Shown here piece after piece: positions 20,240-29,751 of a stretch of DNA of 64,000 bases. The stretch lies in assembly GCA_051251855.1 (NCBI GenBank), contig JBPOGI010000001.1:864001-928000 (forward strand), in the 5' to 3' direction. The position numbers and the translations under genes are program-made. Every line of letters begins with the position of its first letter. The first letter of the stretch is position 1. This DNA comes from Roseibacillus sp. Lineage in GTDB: Bacteria; Verrucomicrobiota; Verrucomicrobiia; Verrucomicrobiales; Akkermansiaceae. Under the pieces are notes generated by a model. The model was not told the origin of the DNA, made no database searches, and saw only the letters and a program-made list of their open reading frames with translations.

Positions 20240-20459
20240 TACCGTTCTCACAGTTAAATTGATGTAATGGTTTTATTTTGGGTTTTAAGAAAAGCGCTGC
20301 GCGAGCACTCAGAAAGTCGGGCCAAATTTCCCAATACCGGCGTTGCTTCTCGGTCAGAGTGCACCCAAGGGGCATACCACTCGCACTCCTCCCTCGGCGC
20401 GCCTTGGTCTTGGAAAACCTGACTCCGACCATTACACCAATTTAACTGTTCAAATGGTA
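20240..20459. mobile_element. MITE-like non-autonomous element
   Basis: Terminal inverted repeats 20239-20271 and 20428-20460 match at 28/33 positions. Ends are TACC...GGTA, with TAA on both sides (20237-39 and 20460-62). No transposase inside. Confidence 0.8.
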
Positions 20460-20503
20460 TAAGTTGAATGGATACATCCGAGGATGATATTCGTAGCGCT
20501 AGT

Positions 20504-23500
20504 TCACTCGCCCTCGGAGCGATAGCGGAAGAAAAGCTGCTCCGTGCTTCTAGGGAGAAGGCTGTCGTCGGGTAGAGTCCATAGGCCAGAAACTTCGCCT
20601 TGGGAACCAGTTGATCGCAGATCGATAAGACCTGGTGGGTTGTCGAACCAGTTCTTTAAGTCATAGCTGAACTGAGGAACGAGGGCGTTGCCCGCGGAGA
20701 GAGGGAGCTGGTAGTCGCCTAAAATGGAACCTGGTTCCATGCGAATACAGAAAGTGCCATTCAATCCTGTTCCAATCTGCCACTGGGGACGGCTCGTTTG
20801 CAGAGTGGTGCTCTCCACTTGATAGCCCCAAAATTGGAGCGGGCTGATTGCGGTGCCGAGGTTAAAGGAGAGTGCAAAACTTCCGAGTTGGACTTCGCCA
20901 ACCCCGTTATTGGGATCAAGGACAAGGGTGAGCTCGGCACGATTTCCAGAGAAGTCGGCGGTGGTGAAGCTGTCATTGGCGATGAGACTTCCTTGGTGAA
21001 GGACTTCCAAGAGGAGGGTGTCGGAGTTGATGCGAACCGCTAAGGCCTGGGCGGGGTCGTTGATGGGGCTCAGGAGGAATGAGCCTGCGCCGCCGGAGGG
21101 GAATTGGAGCGTCGCGTTGAAGCTAGTTGGTTCGCTCAGGCCGGTTTCGAAGGGAAGGTAGTTGAAGCCGTGTCCGGTTCCGCTGGAGACAAGACTGTAG
21201 CCATTGGACGTTCCGGTACCATCAGGGGTATCGATTTGGAAGGCGGACTCGGTGAGGTTGGACTTGGTGAAGAATTCATCATTGACCTTGAAGTAAGCAC
21301 CGAGAGTCGGTTCGTGAGAGCCCTCCACGAGGGGAATGAGGCGATTGAGAAGAGCGGCTTCGGAGCCAGAGAGGTTATTCGCTTCGAGAGGGTCATTGGC
21401 GAGATTGAAGAGCTCATAGGTGGGGGCGGCACCGCCAGTGGCACGATCGCGAACAATTTTCCAATCACCTTGCCGGACGGCACGCCAACGGCGGCTGCCT
21501 TCGGTGAAGGACCAGTAGTGATAGTTGCGTGGCTCGAGACTGCTTTCATCACCTCCTAACAGAGCTGGTAGGATGGAGCGTCCGGTGACTTGCGAGGGGG
21601 ATGAGACTCCGGCGGCGTGGGCAAAGGTGGGGAGCATATCGGCGAAGGTGCCGATAACGTCGGAGGTGGATCCAGCGGGAATCTTTCCGGGCCACCAAGC
21701 GATGAAGGGCGCGCGGATGCCGCCTTCGTAGGTATCGCGCTTGAGGCCTCGGAAGTCAGTGAAGCCTGGCTTGAGATGTTCTGGGGTTAGAAAGGTGGGT
21801 TCGTCTTCGCCGTTGTCGGAGCAAAAGATGACGAGGGTGTTGTCGGCGATGCTGTCGGAGGTGTCGCCATCACCATTAGGATCGTATAGTTTGTCGATGA
21901 TGCGGCCGGTGTCGCGGTCAGCGGCAGAGACCATAGTTGCGTAGACGTGAGGAACGAATTCGGGTCGTCCTTGGTCATCGGTTCCGAAAGGGGCTCCGGG
22001 ATAGAGTTCTTCTAACAGCGTTTGGTCTGGGTCGTTATGATCGTAGATTAAGCCGTCTGCATCGGTGAGTGCTTCGACAGTAGCGGCGTTGTAGAAGAAG
22101 GCATGTGGAGGAGTCCAAGCGCAGTAGAGAAAGAAAGGGTTGTCGGCATTGTCTTCAATAAACTGAAGGCCTTCGGACACCACGACATCATGTGAGCAGA
22201 CGTTGCCTACCGCGTCGTCCCAAGTTCTGGTTTGGATATTAAAGTTTTGAGCGCCGGGAAGATAGAGCTCGGCATTATTGGCATCGGCGAGGGTTTGGTC
22301 GAAATAGATGCGCTCCTGATTTCTCCAAAGGAAGAGGGGGAAAAAGCGATGGGCGTTAGTCTGACTGAGATAGCCACAAAAGAAGTCGAAGCCTTGGTTC
22401 CATGGGGCACCTGTTGAGCCACCGACTCCCCACTTTCCTACGCAGCCGGTGGTGTAGCCTGCCCCTTTGAGAATTTCAGCGACTGTGACTCGGGCTGGGT
22501 TGAGCTGGCTACCGGAGTTGTGGCGATCGTGAGACCGGCGCGAGTCTTGCCCAGTCAGGAGAGAGGATCGGCAGGACTGGCAGACGGGGCTGGCAGTGTA
22601 GTAGTTCGTGAACATCATGCCTTGTGCCGCCATGGTGTCCACTCGCGGGGTCTTGAGGGTGGCTTGGCCATAGACTCCGATTTCCTGAGTATCGAGATCG
22701 TCGAGCATGATGAAAATAATGTTCGGGCGCTCACTGGGCTGATGAGTGCTGTCGAAAGGATCGGAACCAAGAGAGATTTCGATGTCGTCATTGATATTGT
22801 CGCCATCGGTATCGGGTAGGAGCGGGTTGGTGCCGGTATCGTTGGGGGAAAGGTAACGGCCGGAGCCAGACTCGATGCCATCGAGGAGGTTGTCGTCATC
22901 GCTATCAGGGTCGAGCGGGTCGGTGATACCTGCGACCTCGATGTCGTCATTGAGTCCGTCATTGTCGGTGTCAGGGAGGTTGGGATTGGTATCAGCATCT
23001 TCTTCTGCAGTGTTATCGAGTCCGTCGCCATCAGGATTTCCGGTGCCTGTTTGGGTGAAGTTACCGAAGTGAATCAGTTCCCAGAGATCAGTGAGACCGT
23101 CCATGTCGTCGTCAGAGTTCGCAAGGCTTTCGTCAAAGGCGCTGCCGAGGATAAAGTGGCGCATGTGGCGGGAACTCGCGATATTGTGCCCGGTCGTAGT
23201 CACCTGAATTCGTTGTCCCGAGCTGCCTTCGTTGTATTGAAAATATTCGGGACTGGCGGCTGTCGATTGGTCGTAGGTGATTAAGAACCCAAGGTTCGAA
23301 TCGTCAGCCACGATTACTGGAGTGGCGAATTCAAAGGTCACGTAGTCATTCCCGCTTACGAGCCCGTCGATTGTGTAGGTTTCGAGGTAGAGTTCAGTTA
23401 CAGAGGTGTCGACGTAATAGTTGTTTCCATCGGTAGGGGTGTCGTGGCCCGTTCCGGTTTCCCAATTCTCCGGGGTGCCAGCGATGATCCGGACTGTGAG

Positions 23501-23779
23501 GGTATCGTTGGAAAAGGTCTGGGCGCTATTCTTGTGAATGGTAATTCCAGTGATCTGGTATCCTTCGCCTGGGTCGGTAGGGAGATAGAATAGCTGGCCG
23601 CGTGCGTGGTTGGTGTTGGTGTCTTCGTCAAAGATTCTCGAGAAGGTGCCACCTACATTGTCGGAGAGAATAATGTCTGTTGTTGGAGCAAGAGATGAGA
23701 CAGTGATGTTTCCAAAAGCAACTGGGGCGAATACTGCCACCAAGGAAGCAGCGAGGGAAAGGCAGGATGGGTTTGTCAT
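20504..23779 (-). CDS. Secreted multidomain sulfatase with Asp-rich (TSP3-like) repeats and a C-terminal FFR-ending domain
   Basis: Signal peptide, DxDxDG repeats, PNIIFIMLDDL, CQSCRSSLLTG, GKWG, SDNG and YEGGIRAP. Ends ...SYDLKNW...LFFRYRSEGE. Confidence 0.88.
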   Translation of the reverse strand: MTNPSCLSLAASLVAVFAPVAFGNITVSSLAPTTDIILSDNVGGTFSRIFDEDTNTNHARGQLFYLPTDPGEGYQITGITIHKNSAQTFSNDTLTVRIIAGTPENWETGTGHDTPTDGNNYYVDTSVTELYLETYTIDGLVSGNDYVTFEFATPVIVADDSNLGFLITYDQSTAASPEYFQYNEGSSGQRIQVTTTGHNIASSRHMRHFILGSAFDESLANSDDDMDGLTDLWELIHFGNFTQTGTGNPDGDGLDNTAEEDADTNPNLPDTDNDGLNDDIEVAGITDPLDPDSDDDNLLDGIESGSGRYLSPNDTGTNPLLPDTDGDNINDDIEISLGSDPFDSTHQPSERPNIIFIMLDDLDTQEIGVYGQATLKTPRVDTMAAQGMMFTNYYTASPVCQSCRSSLLTGQDSRRSHDRHNSGSQLNPARVTVAEILKGAGYTTGCVGKWGVGGSTGAPWNQGFDFFCGYLSQTNAHRFFPLFLWRNQERIYFDQTLADANNAELYLPGAQNFNIQTRTWDDAVGNVCSHDVVVSEGLQFIEDNADNPFFLYCAWTPPHAFFYNAATVEALTDADGLIYDHNDPDQTLLEELYPGAPFGTDDQGRPEFVPHVYATMVSAADRDTGRIIDKLYDPNGDGDTSDSIADNTLVIFCSDNGEDEPTFLTPEHLKPGFTDFRGLKRDTYEGGIRAPFIAWWPGKIPAGSTSDVIGTFADMLPTFAHAAGVSSPSQVTGRSILPALLGGDESSLEPRNYHYWSFTEGSRRWRAVRQGDWKIVRDRATGGAAPTYELFNLANDPLEANNLSGSEAALLNRLIPLVEGSHEPTLGAYFKVNDEFFTKSNLTESAFQIDTPDGTGTSNGYSLVSSGTGHGFNYLPFETGLSEPTSFNATLQFPSGGAGSFLLSPINDPAQALAVRINSDTLLLEVLHQGSLIANDSFTTADFSGNRAELTLVLDPNNGVGEVQLGSFALSFNLGTAISPLQFWGYQVESTTLQTSRPQWQIGTGLNGTFCIRMEPGSILGDYQLPLSAGNALVPQFSYDLKNWFDNPPGLIDLRSTGSQGEVSGLWTLPDDSLLPRSTEQLFFRYRSEGE

Positions 23780-23839
23780 GGAAAAAACTTTGAGGCAATG
23801 CCGGTCTATAGAGTCTGCAACTGTTTGCAGTAATAATTC

Positions 23840-24988
23840 CTATTGAGAGGAGGGAACCCCAAAGGTGGTGAGGGTGCCCCACGAAGCGTGTTGGGAGTGG
23901 GAGCCTTCGGGGCGTTGTTGTTCGGCGGCTTTGTGACTCCAGGGTAGTTCGAGCTTTTTTCGCTCTGTATAATGGTGGACGAGACGCTCGTAAATAGGAC
24001 GAAAGCGTCCTCTCCCTCGGTCTGAAATTGAGGAGTAGTCGTAGCGTCCTTGGTAGCTGCGAAAACGCTCAAAAGGCACTTCTTCGCCAAGATTGTATTT
24101 GGCCGTATATTCGAAGCCTTTGGCCAATCGATTGTCGGAGATGGAGTAAAGATCCACGCCTTGTCTCCATGCGATCTCGCAAGCCACACTCAAGAATCCG
24201 AGTCCCATCTGGACGTGCAGTTGGTCGCGGCCGCTTTCTTGGCATTGGCCTGTTTCCTTGAGGTAGTTGTTTATCGCGCCATTCCCCTTGCCAGTGCGGT
24301 AGTAGGTCACTGCGCGCTCGAACATTTGGCGGTCATCAAGAAAGACGCCCATCGCTATCATCGTTTGGAGCATGGCGGCATCCCAGTTTCCGTTCGCCGA
24401 GGGATAGAAGTCTTTGATGGTGGGATAGAAGACCTCGCGTAGCATGTGCTCGAAGCGCTCGACCTCCTTCTGGGGCCAATCTGCATCGCTATAGCGAATG
24501 AGTTCGGCAGCACAGCAGTAGATGACGCCGTCCATTCCTACCAAGAGTTTTGCGTCATGGCCTGAAATGGACTCGAGGGTTTGAGACCAGGCATTGAGAA
24601 TCTCAATCGTCTTGTTAGCGTGTGCCTTCTTGCCGGTGATTACCCATTGCAGAGCATGATTGTAGGCAGCTCCGCCATCGCTCGTGAAATCAGAGCTACC
24701 TAGATCTGGTCTATTCCGCGCTCCTCTCACCACTTGGGCGCGAGGGTTGGGCTGATAACTCAGCGAGGCTTGCTTGGATTGGCGCAAGTTATTCCAAGCG
24801 CTCTGCCAAGGTTCGCTCTGGGATTCGAGCTTGGATTTTACAAAGGAGAGCTCCTCCTTGCTATGAAGTAGGCCAGGATGGTTGAAAGTAACTTCTTGGT
24901 TTTGAGTTGCTTCCTCCGAGTGAGAGTGGTCGCTTAGGTGAAAGATAAGTAGAAGAGCGACTAGGCTCGAGTGAATCGTTTTTCTCAT
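23840..24988 (-). CDS. Alginate lyase family (alpha/alpha toroid) secreted protein
   Basis: Signal peptide, FNHPGLLH, NGNW, GQCQESGRDQ.H and GFEYTAKYNLG pattern. True substrate not determinable from sequence. Confidence 0.8.
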   Translation of the reverse strand: MRKTIHSSLVALLLIFHLSDHSHSEEATQNQEVTFNHPGLLHSKEELSFVKSKLESQSEPWQSAWNNLRQSKQASLSYQPNPRAQVVRGARNRPDLGSSDFTSDGGAAYNHALQWVITGKKAHANKTIEILNAWSQTLESISGHDAKLLVGMDGVIYCCAAELIRYSDADWPQKEVERFEHMLREVFYPTIKDFYPSANGNWDAAMLQTMIAMGVFLDDRQMFERAVTYYRTGKGNGAINNYLKETGQCQESGRDQLHVQMGLGFLSVACEIAWRQGVDLYSISDNRLAKGFEYTAKYNLGEEVPFERFRSYQGRYDYSSISDRGRGRFRPIYERLVHHYTERKKLELPWSHKAAEQQRPEGSHSQHASWGTLTTFGVPSSQ

Positions 24989-25088
24989 TCGCTGGTGGGC
25001 TGGTATGACTCTCGGACATTTTTGATGTTACCACCAGCAGCTTTAATCATTGCTCTCTTGTCGAAGAAAGGAATTGTCTGCCTAAAGT

Positions 25089-25634
25089 ATGAGAACCTTC
25101 CTCCAAGTGGCTTTGCTGATGTTGATTGCTGCGCCCCCGATTCATGGTGTGGAAGTTCCTGAGCCTGGAGATGATCTTAAAAGTTTTCTTGAGGGGGTGA
25201 CTCTCGCGTATGTGCCTTTTAAGGAGGAATCCAAGGTCGAGTTCTTAGACGCCTTAGGCTATGTCATTAGCAAATCTATTACTTTGGATTCGAGGGAGAA
25301 TGGAAGTCGGCTGGGGATGATTCGATTCGTAGAGAACGAAAAGAGACATCACAAAGATTGTGTCGTCGTTCCCGACGAATTGGACGGGGTCTTTATCGTT
25401 TTTGAAGAGCGGGAGGTGTCTTTGCTGAAAGTGGTCATCGAAATCGCGAAGCAATCCAAGCTCGACTTGTACACGTCCTCCGCTGGTCTTGTTTTTTGTC
25501 GGCCAAATCAAGTACCCAAAGTTGATCGGCATAATGATGCCTTGGTTATCGGAGCACCTCTCTACAGGGTGAATGGTAAGCCTAAGGCTCTAGGTTCTGA
25601 AGAGGGCGCCAGTAAAGACCGCCCCTCCAAATAA
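25089..25634 (+). CDS. Hypothetical exported protein
   Basis: 181-aa ORF with a signal-peptide-like N-terminus, filling the gap between flanking genes. Confidence 0.65.
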   Translation: MRTFLQVALLMLIAAPPIHGVEVPEPGDDLKSFLEGVTLAYVPFKEESKVEFLDALGYVISKSITLDSRENGSRLGMIRFVENEKRHHKDCVVVPDELDGVFIVFEEREVSLLKVVIEIAKQSKLDLYTSSAGLVFCRPNQVPKVDRHNDALVIGAPLYRVNGKPKALGSEEGASKDRPSK

Positions 25635-25636
25635 GG

Positions 25637-26665
25637 TTACGAGTTGATTCGGGTCACCAGTTGAGCTGCGGCTTGGTGGTAGGCGGTGTCGCTTTTGTTC
25701 ATGGCGATGGGGGTGCCGTCGTCGGCTCCCTGGCAGGTCTCGGGATTGATAGGAATCTGCGCGAGGAGAGGAACTTTGAGTCGTTCTGCTTCGCGCTCGC
25801 CTCCACCTGAACCGAAGAGAGGGTAACGGGTGCCATGGTCGCACTCGAACCAAGACATGTTTTCGATGAGTCCCAGGATCGGGACGTTCACTTTGGCAAA
25901 CATGGTGACAGCTTTGCGAGCATCGATGAGGGCGACTTCCTGGGGAGTTGTGACGATGACGGCCCCGGTGAGGGCGACGCTTTGGACGACGGTGAGCTGG
26001 ATGTCACCCGTTCCTGGGGGGAGGTCGAGCACGAGAACGTCGAGTTCACCCCAAGCGACTTGTTTGAGAAATTGTTGGGTGTAGCGATTGGCAAGAGGGC
26101 CGCGCACGATGACTGGGGACGATTCTGAAAGAAGGAAGCCCATGGACATGAGTTTGATGCCATAAGCCTCGATGGGGATAATGTTTTCCTCTTGGTCGGA
26201 GGTGAGTTCGTGGTGTGCCACCCCAAACATGTGAGCGATGGAGGGGCCGTAGAGGTCGCAATCGCAGAGGCCAACTTTGAGGCCTTGGCTGGCGAGAGAT
26301 ACAGCGAGGTTCGCGGATACGGTGGACTTGCCGACGCCCCCTTTGCCGGAGGCGACAGCGATGATGTGTTTGACGCCGGGAAGAGATTGTTTGACGGCTC
26401 CGGAGTCGCCTTGGGCAGGTGGGTCTTTGATGTCGATGCCGACTTTTACTTTTTCGGGGCCCCCTAACAGAGGATCGAGAAGAGCGTGAATTTCGGTGAA
26501 AATCTGACGTGGGATTTCGGCATCCTTGGTTTGGATTTGAAGGTGGATGTCAGCGACGTCATCAACCATCTCGGCGAGTTTGATAAGGCCAAAGGAGGCA
26601 ATGTCGCGAGAGAAGCCAGGGTATTTGATGGTGGCGAGTTGGGCGCGGAGTTCTTCGGTGGTCAT
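25637..26665 (-). CDS. mrp: Mrp/NBP35 (ApbC) Fe-S cluster carrier ATPase
   Basis: IAVASGKGGVGKST, D.DLYGPS, VLDLPPGTGD, VTTPQ..A..DA and ENMS motifs. Confidence 0.93.
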   Translation of the reverse strand: MTTEELRAQLATIKYPGFSRDIASFGLIKLAEMVDDVADIHLQIQTKDAEIPRQIFTEIHALLDPLLGGPEKVKVGIDIKDPPAQGDSGAVKQSLPGVKHIIAVASGKGGVGKSTVSANLAVSLASQGLKVGLCDCDLYGPSIAHMFGVAHHELTSDQEENIIPIEAYGIKLMSMGFLLSESSPVIVRGPLANRYTQQFLKQVAWGELDVLVLDLPPGTGDIQLTVVQSVALTGAVIVTTPQEVALIDARKAVTMFAKVNVPILGLIENMSWFECDHGTRYPLFGSGGGEREAERLKVPLLAQIPINPETCQGADDGTPIAMNKSDTAYHQAAAQLVTRINS

Positions 26666-26782
26666 GAGGAGAATAGGGATTCGATTGGAGATGAAGTCAA
26701 ACAGGAGATAAGGAGAGAACGAAGGAGCTTTGGTTTTTGAGTTTTTTCGAATCTGGGGAAGTCGCTGCTAGGGCAGGGTTTG

Positions 26783-27952
26783 TTAGAAGCTGGCTACGAG
26801 TTCGAAGGTGAAGCCTTTGAGGTATTCGGTTTCGGGGAGGTGAGCGAGGACGGGGTGGTCGGCGCGTTGGGTATGGGTTTCGACGAGGCGAAGGGTTTTT
26901 TTAGCGTCGTTGGCGGCGGAGCGCACGCTTTCGAGAAAGAGTTCGCGAGTGGCATGGTGGGAGCAACAGAAGGTAGCGAGATGACCTCCTTTTTCTAACA
27001 GACGAATAGCGCGGAGGTGGATTTCCTTGTAGCCTTTCATTGCTGAGTTGACGGTCTTCTTGTTGCGAGTGAAGGAGGGTGGGTCGAGAATGACGAGGTC
27101 GTATTTTTCCTCACGCTTTTCGCGATGGCGGAGGTTGTCGAAGGCGTTTCCTGTTTCGGTGGTGATAGTAAGGCCATTGAGTTCGGCGTTGCGCTGGGCG
27201 GCGTCGGTTGCTTTCTCGGAGATGTCGACGGCGGTGACGGATTTGGCTCCAGCTTGGGCGCAGGCGAGCCCGAAGCCTCCTTGATTGCAGAACATATCGA
27301 GGACGGTGGCGTCTTTGGCAAAGCGCGCGATGGAGGGATAGGCGTCGGTGATATCCAAGTAGAGGCCTGTCTTTTGGGCGTTGGCGAGGTCGAGTTCGAA
27401 CTTGAGTCCTTGCATGGTCACTTCCATGGGACCGGGGTCTTCACCGTGTAGGATGGCAGTTTCGGGCTGGAGGCCTTCGGCGGTGCGCATGGGGGTGTCA
27501 TTGCGCAAGATGATGGCGCGGGGGGAGAAGACTTGTTTGATGGCGCTGACGAGGAGGTCTTTGCGGAGGTCGAAGGCAAGGGTGGTTGTTTGCAGGACGA
27601 AGACGTCGTGGAAGCGGTCAAGGATGACCCCGGGGAGGCCATCGGATTCGGACCAAACGAGGCGGCAGACATCTTCGTCGATGGGGAGAGCTTTCCGGAC
27701 CTTGAGGGCGCGTTCGAGACGGCGGACCATGAAGTCAAGGTCGAGCTTCTGGGCGCGGTGAGAGAAGCGACGAGCGATGATTTGGGAAGCGGGATTGTAG
27801 ATCGCAGCGCCCATAGGTCGGTCTTTAAAGTCCTTGAGGGTGATGACATCCCCGGGTTCGGGCTCTCCGAAGGTCTTTTGTACCTCCGATGCGTAAATCC
27901 AGTCGTGCCCTTGAAAAATTCGTGCCCGTGGTTTGATGACAATGCCGCCCAT
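26783..27952 (-). CDS. Class I SAM-dependent rRNA methyltransferase (RlmI-like, PUA domain)
   Basis: GHDWIY, RLVWSESDGLPG, QKTGLYLD, DLVILDPPSF and PETEYLK motifs. Start at ATG 27952. Confidence 0.9.
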   Translation of the reverse strand: MGGIVIKPRARIFQGHDWIYASEVQKTFGEPEPGDVITLKDFKDRPMGAAIYNPASQIIARRFSHRAQKLDLDFMVRRLERALKVRKALPIDEDVCRLVWSESDGLPGVILDRFHDVFVLQTTTLAFDLRKDLLVSAIKQVFSPRAIILRNDTPMRTAEGLQPETAILHGEDPGPMEVTMQGLKFELDLANAQKTGLYLDITDAYPSIARFAKDATVLDMFCNQGGFGLACAQAGAKSVTAVDISEKATDAAQRNAELNGLTITTETGNAFDNLRHREKREEKYDLVILDPPSFTRNKKTVNSAMKGYKEIHLRAIRLLEKGGHLATFCCSHHATRELFLESVRSAANDAKKTLRLVETHTQRADHPVLAHLPETEYLKGFTFELVASF

Positions 27953-28033
27953 GGCCCGCTTATTAGGACCTTCGCAAAGAAGTCGCAAGAAATGTTTGGA
28001 GCGAAGGGCGGGTGGTCTGCTAGGATGCGGGCA

Positions 28034-29068
28034 ATGGACGCATTGATTTCGACGGTAAAGGAGGGCAAGGAGTTGGATTCGCGGCACGCGGAGGCGGCGG
28101 TGGAGTTTCTATTGGATGAGGGGGCGGATGATTCCAAAAAGGCGGAGTTTCTGAGGGCTTTGTCGGAGAAGGGGGAGACTCCAGGTGAGATTGCAGCCTT
28201 TGTGGAGGCATTTTTGGAGCGCTCGGTGTCGGTTGAGTTACCGCCCGAGGAATTGGATGGTCCGACGATTGATGTTTGTGGGACGGGTGGAGATGGGCTG
28301 AATCTCTTCAACGTTTCGACCACAAGCATGTTCATTATCGCAGCCGGTGGCGGAGTGGTGGTGAAGCATGGGAATCGTGGCGTGACTTCCAAGAGTGGAG
28401 GCGCGGATGTGTTGGAAGCTCTCGGGATCGATATCGAGCAGGACCCAGAGATGTTCCGGGCTACGGTTCGGCGAGCAGGAGTGGGTTTTCTTTATGCGCG
28501 GAAGTATCACCCTGCCTTCAAGGCGGTGGCTCCGGTGAGGGCGCAGTTGGCGAAGGAGGGGGTGAAGACGCTCTTTAACTTAGTGGGGCCGTTGCTGAAT
28601 CCTTGTCGGCCCCAATGTCAGCTGGTGGGGGTGACCCAGCGAGGGATGGCTCCGGCTTTTGCTGAAATTTTGCAGCGACTGGAGAGGGAGTCCGTGTGGG
28701 CGGTCCATGGGCAGACGGCGGATGGGCGTGGGGTGGATGAAGTGAGCTCGATGGGCCCAACGCGAATTTGTAAGAGCGGGGTTTTGCAGGACCACGAGGA
28801 TGAAGAGGTGAGTCCGGGGGACTTCGGGCTAGAGGTCGCTCAGGTGGAGGATTTGGTGGGCGGTGAAGCCAAGGAGAATGCTCAGATTCTGATCAATATT
28901 CTAGGAGGCGAGGATAAGGGGCCGCGTCGCGATATGGTGCTGATGAATGCGGGAGCGGGGTTGGCCTGCGCGGGGTTAGCAGACGATTTAGGTGATGGCA
29001 TCGAAATGGCCCGTGGTCTGATTGCCAGTGGGGATGCCATGGAACGATTGGAAGCGATGCGTGGCTAA
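28034..29068 (+). CDS. trpD: Anthranilate phosphoribosyltransferase
   Basis: DVCGTGGDG...FNVST, KHGNR..TSKSG.ADVLEALG, HPAFK and FNL.GPL.NP motifs. Start at 28025 or 28034. Confidence 0.96.
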   Translation: MDALISTVKEGKELDSRHAEAAVEFLLDEGADDSKKAEFLRALSEKGETPGEIAAFVEAFLERSVSVELPPEELDGPTIDVCGTGGDGLNLFNVSTTSMFIIAAGGGVVVKHGNRGVTSKSGGADVLEALGIDIEQDPEMFRATVRRAGVGFLYARKYHPAFKAVAPVRAQLAKEGVKTLFNLVGPLLNPCRPQCQLVGVTQRGMAPAFAEILQRLERESVWAVHGQTADGRGVDEVSSMGPTRICKSGVLQDHEDEEVSPGDFGLEVAQVEDLVGGEAKENAQILINILGGEDKGPRRDMVLMNAGAGLACAGLADDLGDGIEMARGLIASGDAMERLEAMRG

Positions 29069-29084
29069 AGAAAGGGAACCGATT

Positions 29085-29645
29085 CTAGCTCCGAAGCCCG
29101 AGCGTTTCGTGAGCGTGCTTGGAGGCATTCCGCAGAAGCACGGAAAGTTTTTTTACAATTTGAAGGGTGGCCTCCGCCGGTTTTCCCTCGTCGAGAGATG
29201 GCCGGCTCACTTCAAGTAAGGGGGCTATTGTTTCTTTGGTGACAAAAGGCTCCAGCCCGTAGCCGACCATGAGACCTAAGCGTCCATGAATGGGATCGAG
29301 GCCTAGAAGAATGTCTTGGTTTGCCTCATTTTGGGAGCTCTGGGGAGAGAGTCCGGCGGTGTTAAAAAGCCAAAAGAGGTGAGTCGAAAGATTGAACTTG
29401 GGGTCAAATTCTCGAAGAACGATATTGAGATGACTCTCGGGAAAAGCACGCTCGAATCTTACAATGGCCGAGTTAATGGTTCGTCTTTGTTTTTCGGAAA
29501 GGGCTTCGGTGGTGTCGGTCAGGCCACGATTAAGGAGCGGGACAGGGCCAAGAAGAGAGGTGGCTCCCTCAATGGAAAGGGCACACTGAGGACAGCTGGG
29601 GGAATTCTCCAGGACGGGGGCCTGACAATAGGGGCAGTTCAGCAT
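29085..29645 (-). CDS. TPM-domain protein with N-terminal zinc ribbon
   Basis: CPYC...CPQC at the N-terminus, then LTD....LS and L.VGYGLEP TPM-like motifs. Confidence 0.75.
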   Translation of the reverse strand: MLNCPYCQAPVLENSPSCPQCALSIEGATSLLGPVPLLNRGLTDTTEALSEKQRRTINSAIVRFERAFPESHLNIVLREFDPKFNLSTHLFWLFNTAGLSPQSSQNEANQDILLGLDPIHGRLGLMVGYGLEPFVTKETIAPLLEVSRPSLDEGKPAEATLQIVKKLSVLLRNASKHAHETLGLRS

Positions 29646-29751
29646 AAGACCCCTGATTGATAGATGAGATGATAGGAGCTGAACAGCCTCCGCTTTGTCG
29701 TGCGCAGACTTTGGGATTGGCAGAGGGGCCGGACTCGGGTGCAATCCTTCG

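Noticed and set aside
26717..26731. 15-bp match GAACGAAGGAGCTTT to 15035-15049
   Set aside because: Short match with dissimilar flanks. It cannot be distinguished from chance or a decayed repeat.
27533..28033. Apparent N-terminal extension of TrpD (511-aa ORF) and of the methyltransferase (to 28087)
   Set aside because: Each extension overlaps the divergent neighbour. Recognisable family sequence starts at about 28034 and 27952 respectively.
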